Assembly (NCBI GenBank): GCA_017444895.1
Contig: JAFSVR010000017.1
Location: 1-60,918, forward strand
DNA from: Clostridia bacterium
Lineage (GTDB): Bacteria > Bacillota > Clostridia > Christensenellales > UBA1242
Direction: 5' to 3'
DNA: 60,918 nucleotides
Part shown: positions 18,051-27,709 of the stretch, one piece after another
Layout of the letters: every line of letters begins with the position of its first letter
How positions within the stretch are numbered: the first letter of the stretch is position 1
Notes under the pieces: generated by a model
Database searches by the model: none
What the model was told of the DNA's origin: nothing
What the model saw: the letters and a program-made list of their open reading frames with translations, nothing else
Translations under genes and position numbers: made by a program

Positions 18051-20252
18051 GTGTTTGCAAGTGTTATAGTTGATATTGCTTCAAGCCAGGTTGATAAGGT
18101 CTTTGACTATATCATCCCAGATGGCTTAACCATATCTCGGGGCAACAGGGTTATGGTTCCTTTTGGCAAGCGAGAAATTGAAGGAATTGTTATCAGCGTT
18201 AATGAAACAACACGTGTTGATAGCGCAAAACTTAAAACTATTTCACATAAACTTGAAGATATTCCAGTTATCAGCGAAGAGCAATTCAAGGTTGCCTCGT
18301 TTCTGAAAGAGGAATATAACATTGGGCTTGCAGACAGTTTTAGGCTCTTTTTGCCAAGTGAGATGCGTTTAGGTAAAGTTAAGGATTTGGTGGCGGTGTG
18401 TCTCACCATTGATGATGAAAGTAAAGCAAAAGAATATCTTTCAAAACTTAAAGCCAATGCAACTCAACAACAGGGGGCAATATATGCCGTTTTGGAAGAG
18501 GGGAAAGTGTTGCAATCAAAACTTGCAAAAAGATTTGGCCAAAGCGCTCTTTCAAAACTGAAAAAAGAGGGCGTTTTGGTTGAAAAACCAGAAGTGGTTT
18601 TGAGAAGCCCATATAAAGGCGTGAAGATTCTTGATAAGAATATAACATTAACCCCAACACAAAAAATGGTTATTGAAAGACTAACTAGCGAGAGCGGTGT
18701 TTTTCTGCTTCATGGGGTTACGGGTAGCGGAAAAACCGAGGTTTATATGAATGTCATAAAAGACAAAATAAGCAACGGAAAAACAGCCATAATGCTAGTT
18801 CCGGAGATATCCCTAACGCCACAGGTTCTTGGAAATTTTAGAGCAAGGTTTGGCGAAAGTGTTGCAATTTTGCATAGTGGGCTTTCTGCTGGCGAGCGCT
18901 TTGATGAGTGGAAGAGAATTTTGTTTGGCGAAGCAAAGATTGTTGTTGGGGCAAGGTCTGCCATATTTGCGCCAGTTAAGAACCTTGGCGTTATCATCAT
19001 TGATGAAGAACATGATGGCTCATATGTTTCAGAATCAAACCCAAGATACAATACCATTGAAATTGCTCAATTCAGGGCTCAAAGCGAGGGCGCAACCTTG
19101 GTTCTTGGAAGCGCAACACCAAGCCTTGAAAGTTATCACAAGGCAATGACGGGCGAATATAAACTGCTTGAAATGAAAGAGAGGGTTAATGCTAAAGCTT
19201 TGCCACCTCTTAAAATTGTTGATATGTCACGCGAAATGCGAGAGGGCAACAGCGGTGTTTTTTCAAGAGATTTAACCAGCGCTCTTGAAAGAACAATTGA
19301 AAGTGGAAACCAGGCTATGCTGTTTATCAACCGCAGAGGCTACGCTTCGTTTTTGATGTGCAAAGAGTGTGGTTGGGTTGCCAAATGTAAGGATTGCGAT
19401 GTCAGCCTTGTTTACCACCGTGCTGAAAACGCACTTAAATGCCATTATTGTGGAAATAGATATAAGGTTTTTGATGTTTGCCCAAATTGTGGGAGCAAAA
19501 GCATCAAACAGGGGTTGCTTGGAACACAAAAAGTTCAACAAGAACTTGAGGAGCTTTTTCCAAATGTTAAGATTCTGCGTATGGATAACGACACCACGCA
19601 AACAAAAGATGGCCACCTTAAAATCTTAAACGAGTTTAGGGAGGGAAAGGCTCAAATTTTGGTTGGAACTCAAATGATAGCAAAGGGTCATGATTTTCCG
19701 GGCGTAACGCTGGTTGGGATCATTGATGCAGATGTGAGTTTACATCAATCAACCTATAAGGCTTGCGAACGCACTTTTCAACTTATAACCCAGGTTGCGG
19801 GGCGTGCTGGAAGGGCAGATAAGTCTGGCGAAATCATCTTGCAGACTTATGCACCACGGCATTATATCTATAACATGGCTTCGCACTATGATTATCCAAT
19901 GTTCTATAAAAAGGAATCCAATGCCAGAGAGGTTACGGCCTTTCCGCCATTTGCAACTATTTTTAGGATACTCGTTAGTGGAGAAAACGAAGAAGAGGTT
20001 AGAGAAAAAACAAAAGATATTTATACCGAGATAACAGACTATCAAAAGGACAATAAAGAGAATTTTGTTTATCTCGGGGTGATGAAATCGCCAATAGGGC
20101 GAATTCAAAACAAATTCAGATATCAAATTTTAATGCGTGTTAAACCAAACGGAGAAAAGGCCATAAAGAAATTTTTGTTTGAAACACTAGACAAAAACAA
20201 ATCGCAAAATGTTATCAGTTTCATTGAAATAAACCCACAAAATTTGAGTTAG
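18051..20252 (+). CDS. priA: primosomal protein N' (replication restart helicase PriA)
   Basis: Walker A GVTGSGKT, DEEHD, Cys-rich zinc region CKECG..CKDC..CHYCG..CPNCG. GTG 18051 follows AGGAGA (ORF opens at 18009). Confidence 0.9.
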   Translation: MFASVIVDIASSQVDKVFDYIIPDGLTISRGNRVMVPFGKREIEGIVISVNETTRVDSAKLKTISHKLEDIPVISEEQFKVASFLKEEYNIGLADSFRLFLPSEMRLGKVKDLVAVCLTIDDESKAKEYLSKLKANATQQQGAIYAVLEEGKVLQSKLAKRFGQSALSKLKKEGVLVEKPEVVLRSPYKGVKILDKNITLTPTQKMVIERLTSESGVFLLHGVTGSGKTEVYMNVIKDKISNGKTAIMLVPEISLTPQVLGNFRARFGESVAILHSGLSAGERFDEWKRILFGEAKIVVGARSAIFAPVKNLGVIIIDEEHDGSYVSESNPRYNTIEIAQFRAQSEGATLVLGSATPSLESYHKAMTGEYKLLEMKERVNAKALPPLKIVDMSREMREGNSGVFSRDLTSALERTIESGNQAMLFINRRGYASFLMCKECGWVAKCKDCDVSLVYHRAENALKCHYCGNRYKVFDVCPNCGSKSIKQGLLGTQKVQQELEELFPNVKILRMDNDTTQTKDGHLKILNEFREGKAQILVGTQMIAKGHDFPGVTLVGIIDADVSLHQSTYKACERTFQLITQVAGRAGRADKSGEIILQTYAPRHYIYNMASHYDYPMFYKKESNAREVTAFPPFATIFRILVSGENEEEVREKTKDIYTEITDYQKDNKENFVYLGVMKSPIGRIQNKFRYQILMRVKPNGEKAIKKFLFETLDKNKSQNVISFIEINPQNLS

Positions 20253-20255
20253 CTA

Positions 20256-20284
20256 TTGAATATTTAGTTCATTTGCTATATAAT
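20256..20284 (+). promoter_or_regulatory. sigma-A-type promoter upstream of def
   Basis: TTGAAT (20256-20261), 17 nt, TATAAT (20279-20284). Confidence 0.55.
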
Positions 20285-20315
20285 ACAATATGTTTTATAA
20301 TATTAAGGAGAGAAA

Positions 20316-20786
20316 ATGGCAGTAAGAAGAATATTAACTTATCCAAAAGATGAAGAGATTTTAAGAAAGGTCAGCAAACCAGTAACGGCTTTTGATGACC
20401 ATCTTTTTGAACTGCTTTCTGACCTTAATGAAACAATGATTTTTTATAAAGGTGCAGGGCTTTCGGCAATTCAGGTTGGCGTTATGAAAAGGGTGTGCGT
20501 TGTTAACACAGGCAAGCGCTTACTAGAATTTGTCAATCCAGTTATAACCAAACAAAGCGGGGTTAATAAGATAAAAGAAGAGGGCTGTTTAAGTTTGCCA
20601 AATATTTGGGATGAAGTTAAGCGCCCAAACAAGGTTACCGTTGAATTTGACGACCGCAACGGCAATCATAAAACCGAAGAGTTTATTGGATATGAAGCCA
20701 AGGCAATTTGCCATGAGTGTGACCATCTTGATGGTATTTTATTCATAGACAGGGTTAAGCAGCAAAACAAAAATAGAACGAGATAA
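20316..20786 (+). CDS. def: peptide deformylase
   Basis: GAGLSAIQVG, EGCLS and HECDHLDG metal-binding motifs. Confidence 0.9.
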   Translation: MAVRRILTYPKDEEILRKVSKPVTAFDDHLFELLSDLNETMIFYKGAGLSAIQVGVMKRVCVVNTGKRLLEFVNPVITKQSGVNKIKEEGCLSLPNIWDEVKRPNKVTVEFDDRNGNHKTEEFIGYEAKAICHECDHLDGILFIDRVKQQNKNRTR

Positions 20787-20800
20787 ACAACGAGGGAAAT

Positions 20801-21754
20801 ATGAAAATAGTTTTTTTAGGTTCGCCAGAGTTCGCAATTGAAAGTTTGAAGGCAATACTAGAAAGCAAGCATGAGGTTTTGGCGGTTGTAACCCAGCCAG
20901 ACAGCGAGGCAGATAGAGGGCATAAACTTAAACCATGTCCTGTTATAGTTTTTGCAGAGAAAAACGGTTTGAAGGTTTATTGCTTTGATAAGATTTCAAG
21001 AGATGGGGTTGGAGAACTCAAAGCCCTTAAACCAGACATAATGGTAACCTGTGCGTATGGGCAAATATTAAGCCAAGAAGTCATTGATATTCCAAAGTTT
21101 GGCATCATCAATGTTCACGGCTCGCTCCTTCCAAAATACAGAGGCGCAGCTCCAATTCAATCTTGCATAATAAATGGCGAAACTGAAACAGGAATCACCA
21201 TTATGCAAACCGAGGCCGGCCTTGATAGTGGGGATATTTTGAATTTTGAGTCAACACCAATTTATGACGGCGAAACAGCCGGCGAACTCAGCGAAAGGCT
21301 CTCAGTTATTGGTGCAAGATTGCTTATCAAAACTCTTGACCAGTTTGAAACAGGAACTGTCAGCAGAACAAAACAACATCATAATGAGGCAACTTTCACA
21401 ACAAAGATAACCAAAGTTGGCGCAACAATAAACTTCAACAAAACCGCAACACAGATAGTCAACCTTATTCGTGGGTGCAATCCAAACCCAGTTGCTAGAG
21501 CAGTTCTAGACAATGATCAAATCAAAGTGTATAACGCAACAGAAAGAAAGGATATTGTTGTTCCAGAGGGGGCGGTTGCAGGTGAAATAATTGCCCCAAC
21601 AAGTGCAAAAAATGGTGTGTTTGTTGCTTGTGGTTTTGGCGTTATTGAACTTTTGCGTGTTCAGTTCCCAAATGGCAAAGAGTGTGACGCAAAGAGTTTG
21701 GTGGCGGGCAGAAAACTCACCGAAGGAATGACTTTTAAGGAGTTTGCAAAATAA
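20801..21754 (+). CDS. fmt: methionyl-tRNA formyltransferase
   Basis: Formyltransferase N-domain (NVHGSLLPKYRGAAPIQ) plus C-terminal domain; def-fmt pairing. Confidence 0.9.
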   Translation: MKIVFLGSPEFAIESLKAILESKHEVLAVVTQPDSEADRGHKLKPCPVIVFAEKNGLKVYCFDKISRDGVGELKALKPDIMVTCAYGQILSQEVIDIPKFGIINVHGSLLPKYRGAAPIQSCIINGETETGITIMQTEAGLDSGDILNFESTPIYDGETAGELSERLSVIGARLLIKTLDQFETGTVSRTKQHHNEATFTTKITKVGATINFNKTATQIVNLIRGCNPNPVARAVLDNDQIKVYNATERKDIVVPEGAVAGEIIAPTSAKNGVFVACGFGVIELLRVQFPNGKECDAKSLVAGRKLTEGMTFKEFAK

Positions 21755-21757
21755 ATA

Positions 21758-22798
21758 ATGAAAATCATTCAAGATTTAACCATTGATGAAATTGCAACCG
21801 AACTTGAGCCCCTGAACCTTAAAAAATATAGGCTGGGGCAGATTTTTGAGTGGATAAATAATTACAAAGACTTTGATGAAATGCTTAACCTTCCTGCAGA
21901 TTTAAGGGAAGAGCTTAAAAAGCGTTATATTTGCAAGCCTGTTGAAATTTTGAAAGAATTTAAGAGCCAAGACGGAACGATCAAGTTCCTTTATAAACTC
22001 AGCGATGGCGAACTCATTGAAGGTGTTTTGATGAAATATAAATATGGCAACACGCTCTGTGTTTCAACCCAAGTTGGGTGCAGAATGGGTTGTTCTTTTT
22101 GTGCCTCGGGAATTGACGGCTTAATTAGAAATCTTTCTGCCGGAGAAATTTTGGGGCAGGTTCTTTGTGTTAATAGCCATCTTGGTGGAACAATTGCGGA
22201 TAGAAAAGTAACCAACATTGTTTTGATGGGAAGCGGAGAGCCTCTTGACAACTATGATAACGTTGTTAAGTTTATCAAACTCGTTTCGGCACCAAACGGT
22301 ATCAATATAAGCCAACGCAATATTTCTCTTTCAACCAGTGGGCTTGCTGACAAGATAAAAAAACTGACTGATGAAAACCTTGGAATAACGCTGACTATCA
22401 GCCTTCATGCAACTGAAGACGAAACCCGCAAGAAACTGATGAAAGTTGCTAATGCTTATCCGCTTGAAGAACTTATGAGCGCTGTTAGATACTATTATGA
22501 AAAAACGCACCGCAGAGTTGTTTTTGAATACATTATGCTTCCAGAAAACACAAAACATGAGGATGCCTTAAGACTCCATGCGTTAACCCGTGGCATTGCT
22601 TGCCATGTTAACCTTATTCCTGTTAACGCAGGAGGAAGCTCAAAAATCAAGCCTCTTTCAAAGGAAAAAGAAACAAGGTTTTGGAAGGCTCTTCATGACG
22701 AGGGCGTTTCTGCAACAACTCGAAGAACACTCGGCGCAGACATTGAAGGCGCTTGCGGACAACTTAGGCGTAGAGTAATTAAGGACGGATTAAAGTAG
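21758..22798 (+). CDS. rlmN: 23S rRNA/tRNA (adenine-C2)-methyltransferase RlmN (radical SAM)
   Basis: CRMGCSFCASG radical-SAM cluster motif, C-terminal GACGQL; usual position after fmt. Confidence 0.9.
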   Translation: MKIIQDLTIDEIATELEPLNLKKYRLGQIFEWINNYKDFDEMLNLPADLREELKKRYICKPVEILKEFKSQDGTIKFLYKLSDGELIEGVLMKYKYGNTLCVSTQVGCRMGCSFCASGIDGLIRNLSAGEILGQVLCVNSHLGGTIADRKVTNIVLMGSGEPLDNYDNVVKFIKLVSAPNGINISQRNISLSTSGLADKIKKLTDENLGITLTISLHATEDETRKKLMKVANAYPLEELMSAVRYYYEKTHRRVVFEYIMLPENTKHEDALRLHALTRGIACHVNLIPVNAGGSSKIKPLSKEKETRFWKALHDEGVSATTRRTLGADIEGACGQLRRRVIKDGLK

Positions 22799-23703
22799 TG
22801 CAGGGAAAAGTTATAAACTTTGTTAGTGGCAAGGCAATGGTCAAGACCGCAAAGGGAAATGTGCTTTGCGAAATCCGCGGGAAGATTAAGCAGGGGCAAA
22901 ATGGCATTGTTGTTGGTGATGATGTTGAGTTTGATGAAAACCTAGAAGTCATAACAATGGTTAACGAGCGAAGGAATGTTCTTGTTCGTCCACGTGTTGC
23001 TAATATTGATCAAATGCTCATTTGTCTTTCAACTCAGCCACCAGCCGACTTGATTTTGGTTGATAAACTCATAATGATTTGCAATCAAAACAAGATTGAA
23101 CCAATCATCTGCATAACAAAAAGTGATTTGCAAGACGTTGCTTATGCAAAAAACATATCAAGGCAGTATGGTCCGCTCGGTGTTAAGATATTAACGTGCA
23201 GTTCTAAAACTGGCGAAGGAATCCAAGAGGTTGAGGCGGTTTTAGAACATAAGGTTACGGCGTTTGCAGGGCAATCTGGCGTTGGGAAGTCTGCACTAAT
23301 CAACACAATAGATGGAAGCAACACCCTTAAAACACAAGAATTAACGAAAAATAGATTAAGGGGTAAAAACACAACAACGTCATGCTCCATTTTTGAAGTT
23401 AAAGGGGCATTAATTGTTGACACACCAGGTTTTTGTGTGGCAAACTTAAAAGAGGAAAATGCAGAAGACTTCTTGATGCTCTATACAGACATATACTCTT
23501 TTGCAGATGGTTGCAGGTATAAGTCGTGCAATCATATTGATAAAACGGAAGACGAGTGCGCAGTTGTTCGTGCGCTAAGTGAAGGAAAACTTGCAAAAGA
23601 GCGTTTTGATAGATTCTATAAAATCTATTCACGCCTTTCAGGCAAGCGTAAGGTATATGATAAGAAGCCTAAAAGGAAGGGGGATAACAAATGTTCAAGA
23701 TAA
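22798..23703 (+). CDS. rsgA: ribosome small-subunit-dependent GTPase A
   Basis: Circularly permuted GTPase: TKSDL then GQSGVGKSALIN; C-terminal Cys/His zinc motif (CRYKSCNH..C). GTG start overlaps the rlmN stop. Confidence 0.85.
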   Translation: MQGKVINFVSGKAMVKTAKGNVLCEIRGKIKQGQNGIVVGDDVEFDENLEVITMVNERRNVLVRPRVANIDQMLICLSTQPPADLILVDKLIMICNQNKIEPIICITKSDLQDVAYAKNISRQYGPLGVKILTCSSKTGEGIQEVEAVLEHKVTAFAGQSGVGKSALINTIDGSNTLKTQELTKNRLRGKNTTTSCSIFEVKGALIVDTPGFCVANLKEENAEDFLMLYTDIYSFADGCRYKSCNHIDKTEDECAVVRALSEGKLAKERFDRFYKIYSRLSGKRKVYDKKPKRKGDNKCSR

Positions 23704-24374
23704 TAAGAATTGCGCCATCAATTATTGCAACAAATTGGCAGGATAGAGAAGAACTGAGCAAAACACTCAGGGTTCTTGAAAAGGCTGGGTGCCAAATTCT
23801 GCACCTTGATGTTATGGATGGGAAGTTCGTCAAGAACAAAACGTTCAACGAAGAACTTGTTGACTATGTTAAAGGGCAAACAACAATGCTCCTTGATGTT
23901 CACCTTATGGTTCAAAATCCAGATAGCGAGGTGGATAAATATATAAAGGCAGGCGCAGATATTCTAACCGTTCACTATGAAAACACCAAAGACTTGCCAA
24001 GGGTTCTTGAAAGAATAAAGTCTAAGAACGTTCTTGCTGGCGTTGCAATCAATCCAAAAACTCCAGCAATCAAACTTAAAGACATTCTTCAGGCAAACCT
24101 TGTTGACGTTGTTAATGTTATGGGTGTTGAGCCTGGTGCGTGCGGGCAAACCTTCATTCCTGGCAGTGCTGAAAAAATTGCAGAGGTAAGGGAGATGAGC
24201 CGAAATGTTTTCATTGAAATTGATGGGGGCGTTAATATTAAAAATGCCAAGGTTTTAAGAAAACTTGGAACAAATATATTGGTTAGTGGGAATACCATAT
24301 TTTCAAGCAAAAACATACGTAAAACTGTCCGTGCCCTTAAAGGCAAGTTGCTTTTTAGAGAAGGAGATTTATAA
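23691..24374 (+). CDS. rpe: ribulose-phosphate 3-epimerase
   Basis: IAPSIIA, HLDVMDG, HLMV motifs; follows rsgA as in Bacillota. Confidence 0.9.
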   Translation: MFKIIRIAPSIIATNWQDREELSKTLRVLEKAGCQILHLDVMDGKFVKNKTFNEELVDYVKGQTTMLLDVHLMVQNPDSEVDKYIKAGADILTVHYENTKDLPRVLERIKSKNVLAGVAINPKTPAIKLKDILQANLVDVVNVMGVEPGACGQTFIPGSAEKIAEVREMSRNVFIEIDGGVNIKNAKVLRKLGTNILVSGNTIFSSKNIRKTVRALKGKLLFREGDL

Positions 24375-24386
24375 ATCACAAGTTAG

Positions 24387-24407
24387 CGCCCTAGTGGGCG
24401 TTTTTTT
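24387..24407 (+). terminator. rho-independent terminator after rpe
   Basis: CGCCC-tagt-GGGCG followed by TTTTTTT. Confidence 0.6.
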
Positions 24408-24412
24408 AATGC

Positions 24413-24442
24413 TTGACAATTTTCGTGTTTATCGGATAAAAT
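24413..24442 (+). promoter_or_regulatory. sigma-A-type promoter
   Basis: TTGACA (24413-24418), 18 nt, TAAAAT (24437-24442); ATG at 24451, no SD. Confidence 0.55.
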
Positions 24443-24450
24443 AATATTAT

Positions 24451-25362
24451 ATGAAGATTAGCCATTGTTACATAATTTTCAATGAAAAGGCGGGGAAAAA
24501 CAAGGCGGGAGATGTTGCCTTAAAACTTGCTGATGAAATTGAAAAACAAATTAGCGTTAAGAGCAGTTTGCTTCAAACTTCTTCAAAAGAACAAGATGAA
24601 AGCGCTGTTAAGGTTATAAAAAACAGCCAAGAAACTTTGGTTGTTGTTTTGGGCGGGGATGGAACAGTAAGTTCAATTATCCGTTCTTTGGCTGGGGCAA
24701 ATAAAATTGTTCCACTTGCCATTTATCCTTGCGGGACGGCAAACGACTTTGCGTCAAGCCTTAATATTAAGAAAAGCATTAAAGCGTATGTTAAAATGCT
24801 CAAAGAAAGCGAGCCTACCATGATAGATGTTGCCAGGGTTAATGAAAAGAACTATGCAATCAACGCTGTTGGCTCGGGGAATTTTTCTAACGGGGTTACG
24901 GTTTATAACGCCAAGGCAAAGAAATTTCTTGGCATATTCGGTTATTATTTCAAGTGTGTTAAAGATTTCTTCAAGATGAAGGAGTGTAATATAGTATACA
25001 AAACAGAAAGTGAGGAGTTTTCTGCAAACACGCTTATGTATTATATCCTCAACTCTAAGCAGGCTGGTGGTTTCAAAAAGCTCAACACTAACGCCAGCAT
25101 AACAGACGGGAAGTGGGATTTGATTGTTGTTAAGAAATGTGGTTTTTTTGCTTGTCTTGGCGTATTTTGCTCAATTTTGAGCGGAAAAGCGGAGAAGAAT
25201 AGGAATATCATTGTTAAGCGAATTGAAAAGCTCTCAGCAACTGGTGGGGAAACTCACGAGAAATTTTATAGGTGCGACATAGATGGAAATGCGGGCCCTG
25301 AGGGTGAACTTGATGTTGTTGTTTTGAAACAGCATTTTCCAATTATTGCGAATATAAAGTAG
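24451..25362 (+). CDS. diacylglycerol/lipid kinase family protein (YegS/DagK-like)
   Basis: GGDGT motif in VVLGGDGTVSS, CGTANDF; ~300 aa. Confidence 0.75.
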   Translation: MKISHCYIIFNEKAGKNKAGDVALKLADEIEKQISVKSSLLQTSSKEQDESAVKVIKNSQETLVVVLGGDGTVSSIIRSLAGANKIVPLAIYPCGTANDFASSLNIKKSIKAYVKMLKESEPTMIDVARVNEKNYAINAVGSGNFSNGVTVYNAKAKKFLGIFGYYFKCVKDFFKMKECNIVYKTESEEFSANTLMYYILNSKQAGGFKKLNTNASITDGKWDLIVVKKCGFFACLGVFCSILSGKAEKNRNIIVKRIEKLSATGGETHEKFYRCDIDGNAGPEGELDVVVLKQHFPIIANIK

Positions 25363-25462
25363 TAAAAAATTAAAGAAAATGCTTTTTGGGCTATTATTGT
25401 TTGGAAATCTTAAGAATTTTTAGTATATTATAAAAGACTAAAGCAAGGAGAAAATTATATTT

Positions 25463-26029
25463 ATGAACGAACAAGTTGAAGAAATTTTTATGAATATGGA
25501 GATTGGCTTTGAAAAGCAAATGGAGCATTTCAAGGGTGAGCTTAATAATGTCAGGGCGGGAAGGGCAAACCCACACGTTCTTGATAAAATCATGGTTGAT
25601 TATTATGGTGCACCAACCCCAATTGTTCATATCGCAAACATCAGCGTTCAAGACGCAAGGGTTTTGGTTATTGCCCCTTGGGATACCAGCCTTGTTAAGG
25701 CTATTTCAAAAGAAATAATGGCAAGCGATATTGGCATAACCCCAAGCGATGATGGAAGAGTTATTCGTTTGGCCTTCCCTCAACTGACTGAGGAAAGAAG
25801 AAAGGAGCTTGTTAAACAAACAAGAAAACTTCTTGAAGACAGCAAGGTTATTTGCCGAAATGTAAGGCGTGATGCAATGGAAGAAATCAAAAAGCTGAAA
25901 AAAGATAGCGTCATAACCGAAGATGAACAAGCATCTTATGAAAAAGATATTCAAAAGAAGCTTGATCAAGCAACAGATGAACTAGATAAACTTATGCAAG
26001 CAAAAGAAGTTGAGATTATGCAAGTTTAG
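25463..26029 (+). CDS. frr: ribosome recycling factor
   Basis: LNNVRAGRANPHVLD... and ...LTEERRKELVK motifs; 188 aa; followed by uppS-cdsA. Confidence 0.95.
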   Translation: MNEQVEEIFMNMEIGFEKQMEHFKGELNNVRAGRANPHVLDKIMVDYYGAPTPIVHIANISVQDARVLVIAPWDTSLVKAISKEIMASDIGITPSDDGRVIRLAFPQLTEERRKELVKQTRKLLEDSKVICRNVRRDAMEEIKKLKKDSVITEDEQASYEKDIQKKLDQATDELDKLMQAKEVEIMQV

Positions 26030-26066
26030 CTTGTTTTTGTGTATAATTTAAGGGGACAATAAGATA

Positions 26067-26795
26067 ATGGGCATTTTCAGTATTTTCAAAAAGAAAAGTG
26101 CAAAGATTGACATGGAGCATCTCCCAAACCATCTTGCTTTTATTATGGACGGAAATAGGCGTTGGGCAAGGTCAAGAGGCCTTCCAACACTGCTAGGGCA
26201 CAGGGAAGGTGTTGAAGCCCTCAAAAGAGTTGTCAGGCGTGCAAAAGAATTGGGGATAAAAAATCTTTCGTTCTATTGCTTTTCAACAGAAAATTTCAAA
26301 AGAAGCGATGAAGAGGTTAAATATCTTTTCGACCTTTTCAGAGATGTTTATAACTATGTTGATGATATAGTTAAGTCTGGTTATAGAGTTCATGTTTGCG
26401 GAGATAGAGAAATGATTCGTCCAGACGCCCTCAAAAACCTTGAAGCGGTTGAAGAGAAAACAAGCAAGGGCGAAAACGGCAATATATATCTTCTTATTGC
26501 ATATGGTGGCAGACATGATATTATCAGGGCAACCCAACAGATTGTCAAAGACAAGGTTGATCCAGATTCCATAACCGAAGAAAGTTTCAAACAATATCTT
26601 TCAACCAAAGATATGCCAGATGTTGATATGATTGTGAGAACTAGCGGTGAAAACAGAATAAGCGGGTTCTTGCTATACAATATGGCATATGCTGAATTGT
26701 ATTTTGTAAACAAACACTGGCCATCATTTGAAGCCAGTGATGTTGATAACTGCGTGCGTGAGTTTCAACGCAGAAACCGAAGATTTGGAGGCTAA
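26067..26795 (+). CDS. uppS: isoprenyl transferase (undecaprenyl diphosphate synthase)
   Basis: HLAFIMDGNRRWA and ERRFGG-like C-terminus (NRRFGG). Confidence 0.95.
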   Translation: MGIFSIFKKKSAKIDMEHLPNHLAFIMDGNRRWARSRGLPTLLGHREGVEALKRVVRRAKELGIKNLSFYCFSTENFKRSDEEVKYLFDLFRDVYNYVDDIVKSGYRVHVCGDREMIRPDALKNLEAVEEKTSKGENGNIYLLIAYGGRHDIIRATQQIVKDKVDPDSITEESFKQYLSTKDMPDVDMIVRTSGENRISGFLLYNMAYAELYFVNKHWPSFEASDVDNCVREFQRRNRRFGG

Positions 26796-26798
26796 TAA

Positions 26799-27692
26799 GT
26801 GCTAAAAAGAACTTTAACAAGTTTTGTTATCCTGCTTTTAACGGCGGGGTGTGTTGCGCTAAAACTCGTTAGCGCATACTTTTTTGATGCATTTGTTTTT
26901 GTTTTGATATATGCAAGTGTGATTGAAATGTGCTTTGCTTTTAAGGTGGCGGGAAAACATTTTTTCAAACTGCCATTGTTGTTGCTTCCAATCGTTGCAT
27001 TCTTGTCATTCAAATTCACAAACAATCCGTTTGTTTATATTCTTGCTGGGTGGCTGGCTTTGGCTATATATTCTGTAATATTTGAGCTGATTATCAACAG
27101 CAAACTTAGGAATAGAACAACTCCAACAACATTTGATGAAGAAAATGAAAGGCGCTTTGGAATAACAAAAACAACGTTGTTTATTTGTGCATATCCTGTG
27201 AGTATATTGTCTTTGCTTTTTGGACTTAATGCCTTGGAGCAAAACCTTTCATTTATCGCAATAATCTTGACATTTGCTGTTGCAATGATGACAGATGTTT
27301 TTGCATATTGTTTTGGCGTTATGCTTGGCAAGAATTCAACCCACAAACTTGCCCCAGAAATTTCACCAAAGAAGAGCATTGTTGGCTCAGTGTTTGGAGT
27401 TGTTGGGGGGCTTATTGTTGGCGGGCTAGGCTTCTTGTTCTTCTATCATTTGGGTTGGCTAGGCGGGCTTGGAACAAACCTAGCAGTTGCCATTGCGGTT
27501 ATGGCAATAATTGGCGTCATCGGAAGCCTTGCAACCCAAGTTGGCGATCTTTTTGCCAGCGCCTTCAAAAGAAAGATTGGCATAAAAGATTTTGGCAATA
27601 TTTTTCCAGGCCATGGGGGATTCATGGATAGGCTAGATGGCCTTATGTTCGCCGGTGCCGTTGTTTATCTTTGTTTTGCAATTCTTGTTTAA
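26799..27692 (+). CDS. cdsA: phosphatidate cytidylyltransferase
   Basis: Multi-TM; C-terminal signature SAFKRKIGIKDFGNIFPGHGGFMDRLD. Confidence 0.85.
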   Translation: MLKRTLTSFVILLLTAGCVALKLVSAYFFDAFVFVLIYASVIEMCFAFKVAGKHFFKLPLLLLPIVAFLSFKFTNNPFVYILAGWLALAIYSVIFELIINSKLRNRTTPTTFDEENERRFGITKTTLFICAYPVSILSLLFGLNALEQNLSFIAIILTFAVAMMTDVFAYCFGVMLGKNSTHKLAPEISPKKSIVGSVFGVVGGLIVGGLGFLFFYHLGWLGGLGTNLAVAIAVMAIIGVIGSLATQVGDLFASAFKRKIGIKDFGNIFPGHGGFMDRLDGLMFAGAVVYLCFAILV

Positions 27693-27709
27693 TAATTAAG
27701 GAGATAATT

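Noticed and set aside
17683-18069. 128-aa + strand ORF covering rpoZ and the rpoZ-priA spacer
   Set aside because: It overlaps the clear omega-subunit gene on the other strand. Its Cys/Phe-rich translation is implausible, and it would start inside the bidirectional terminator.
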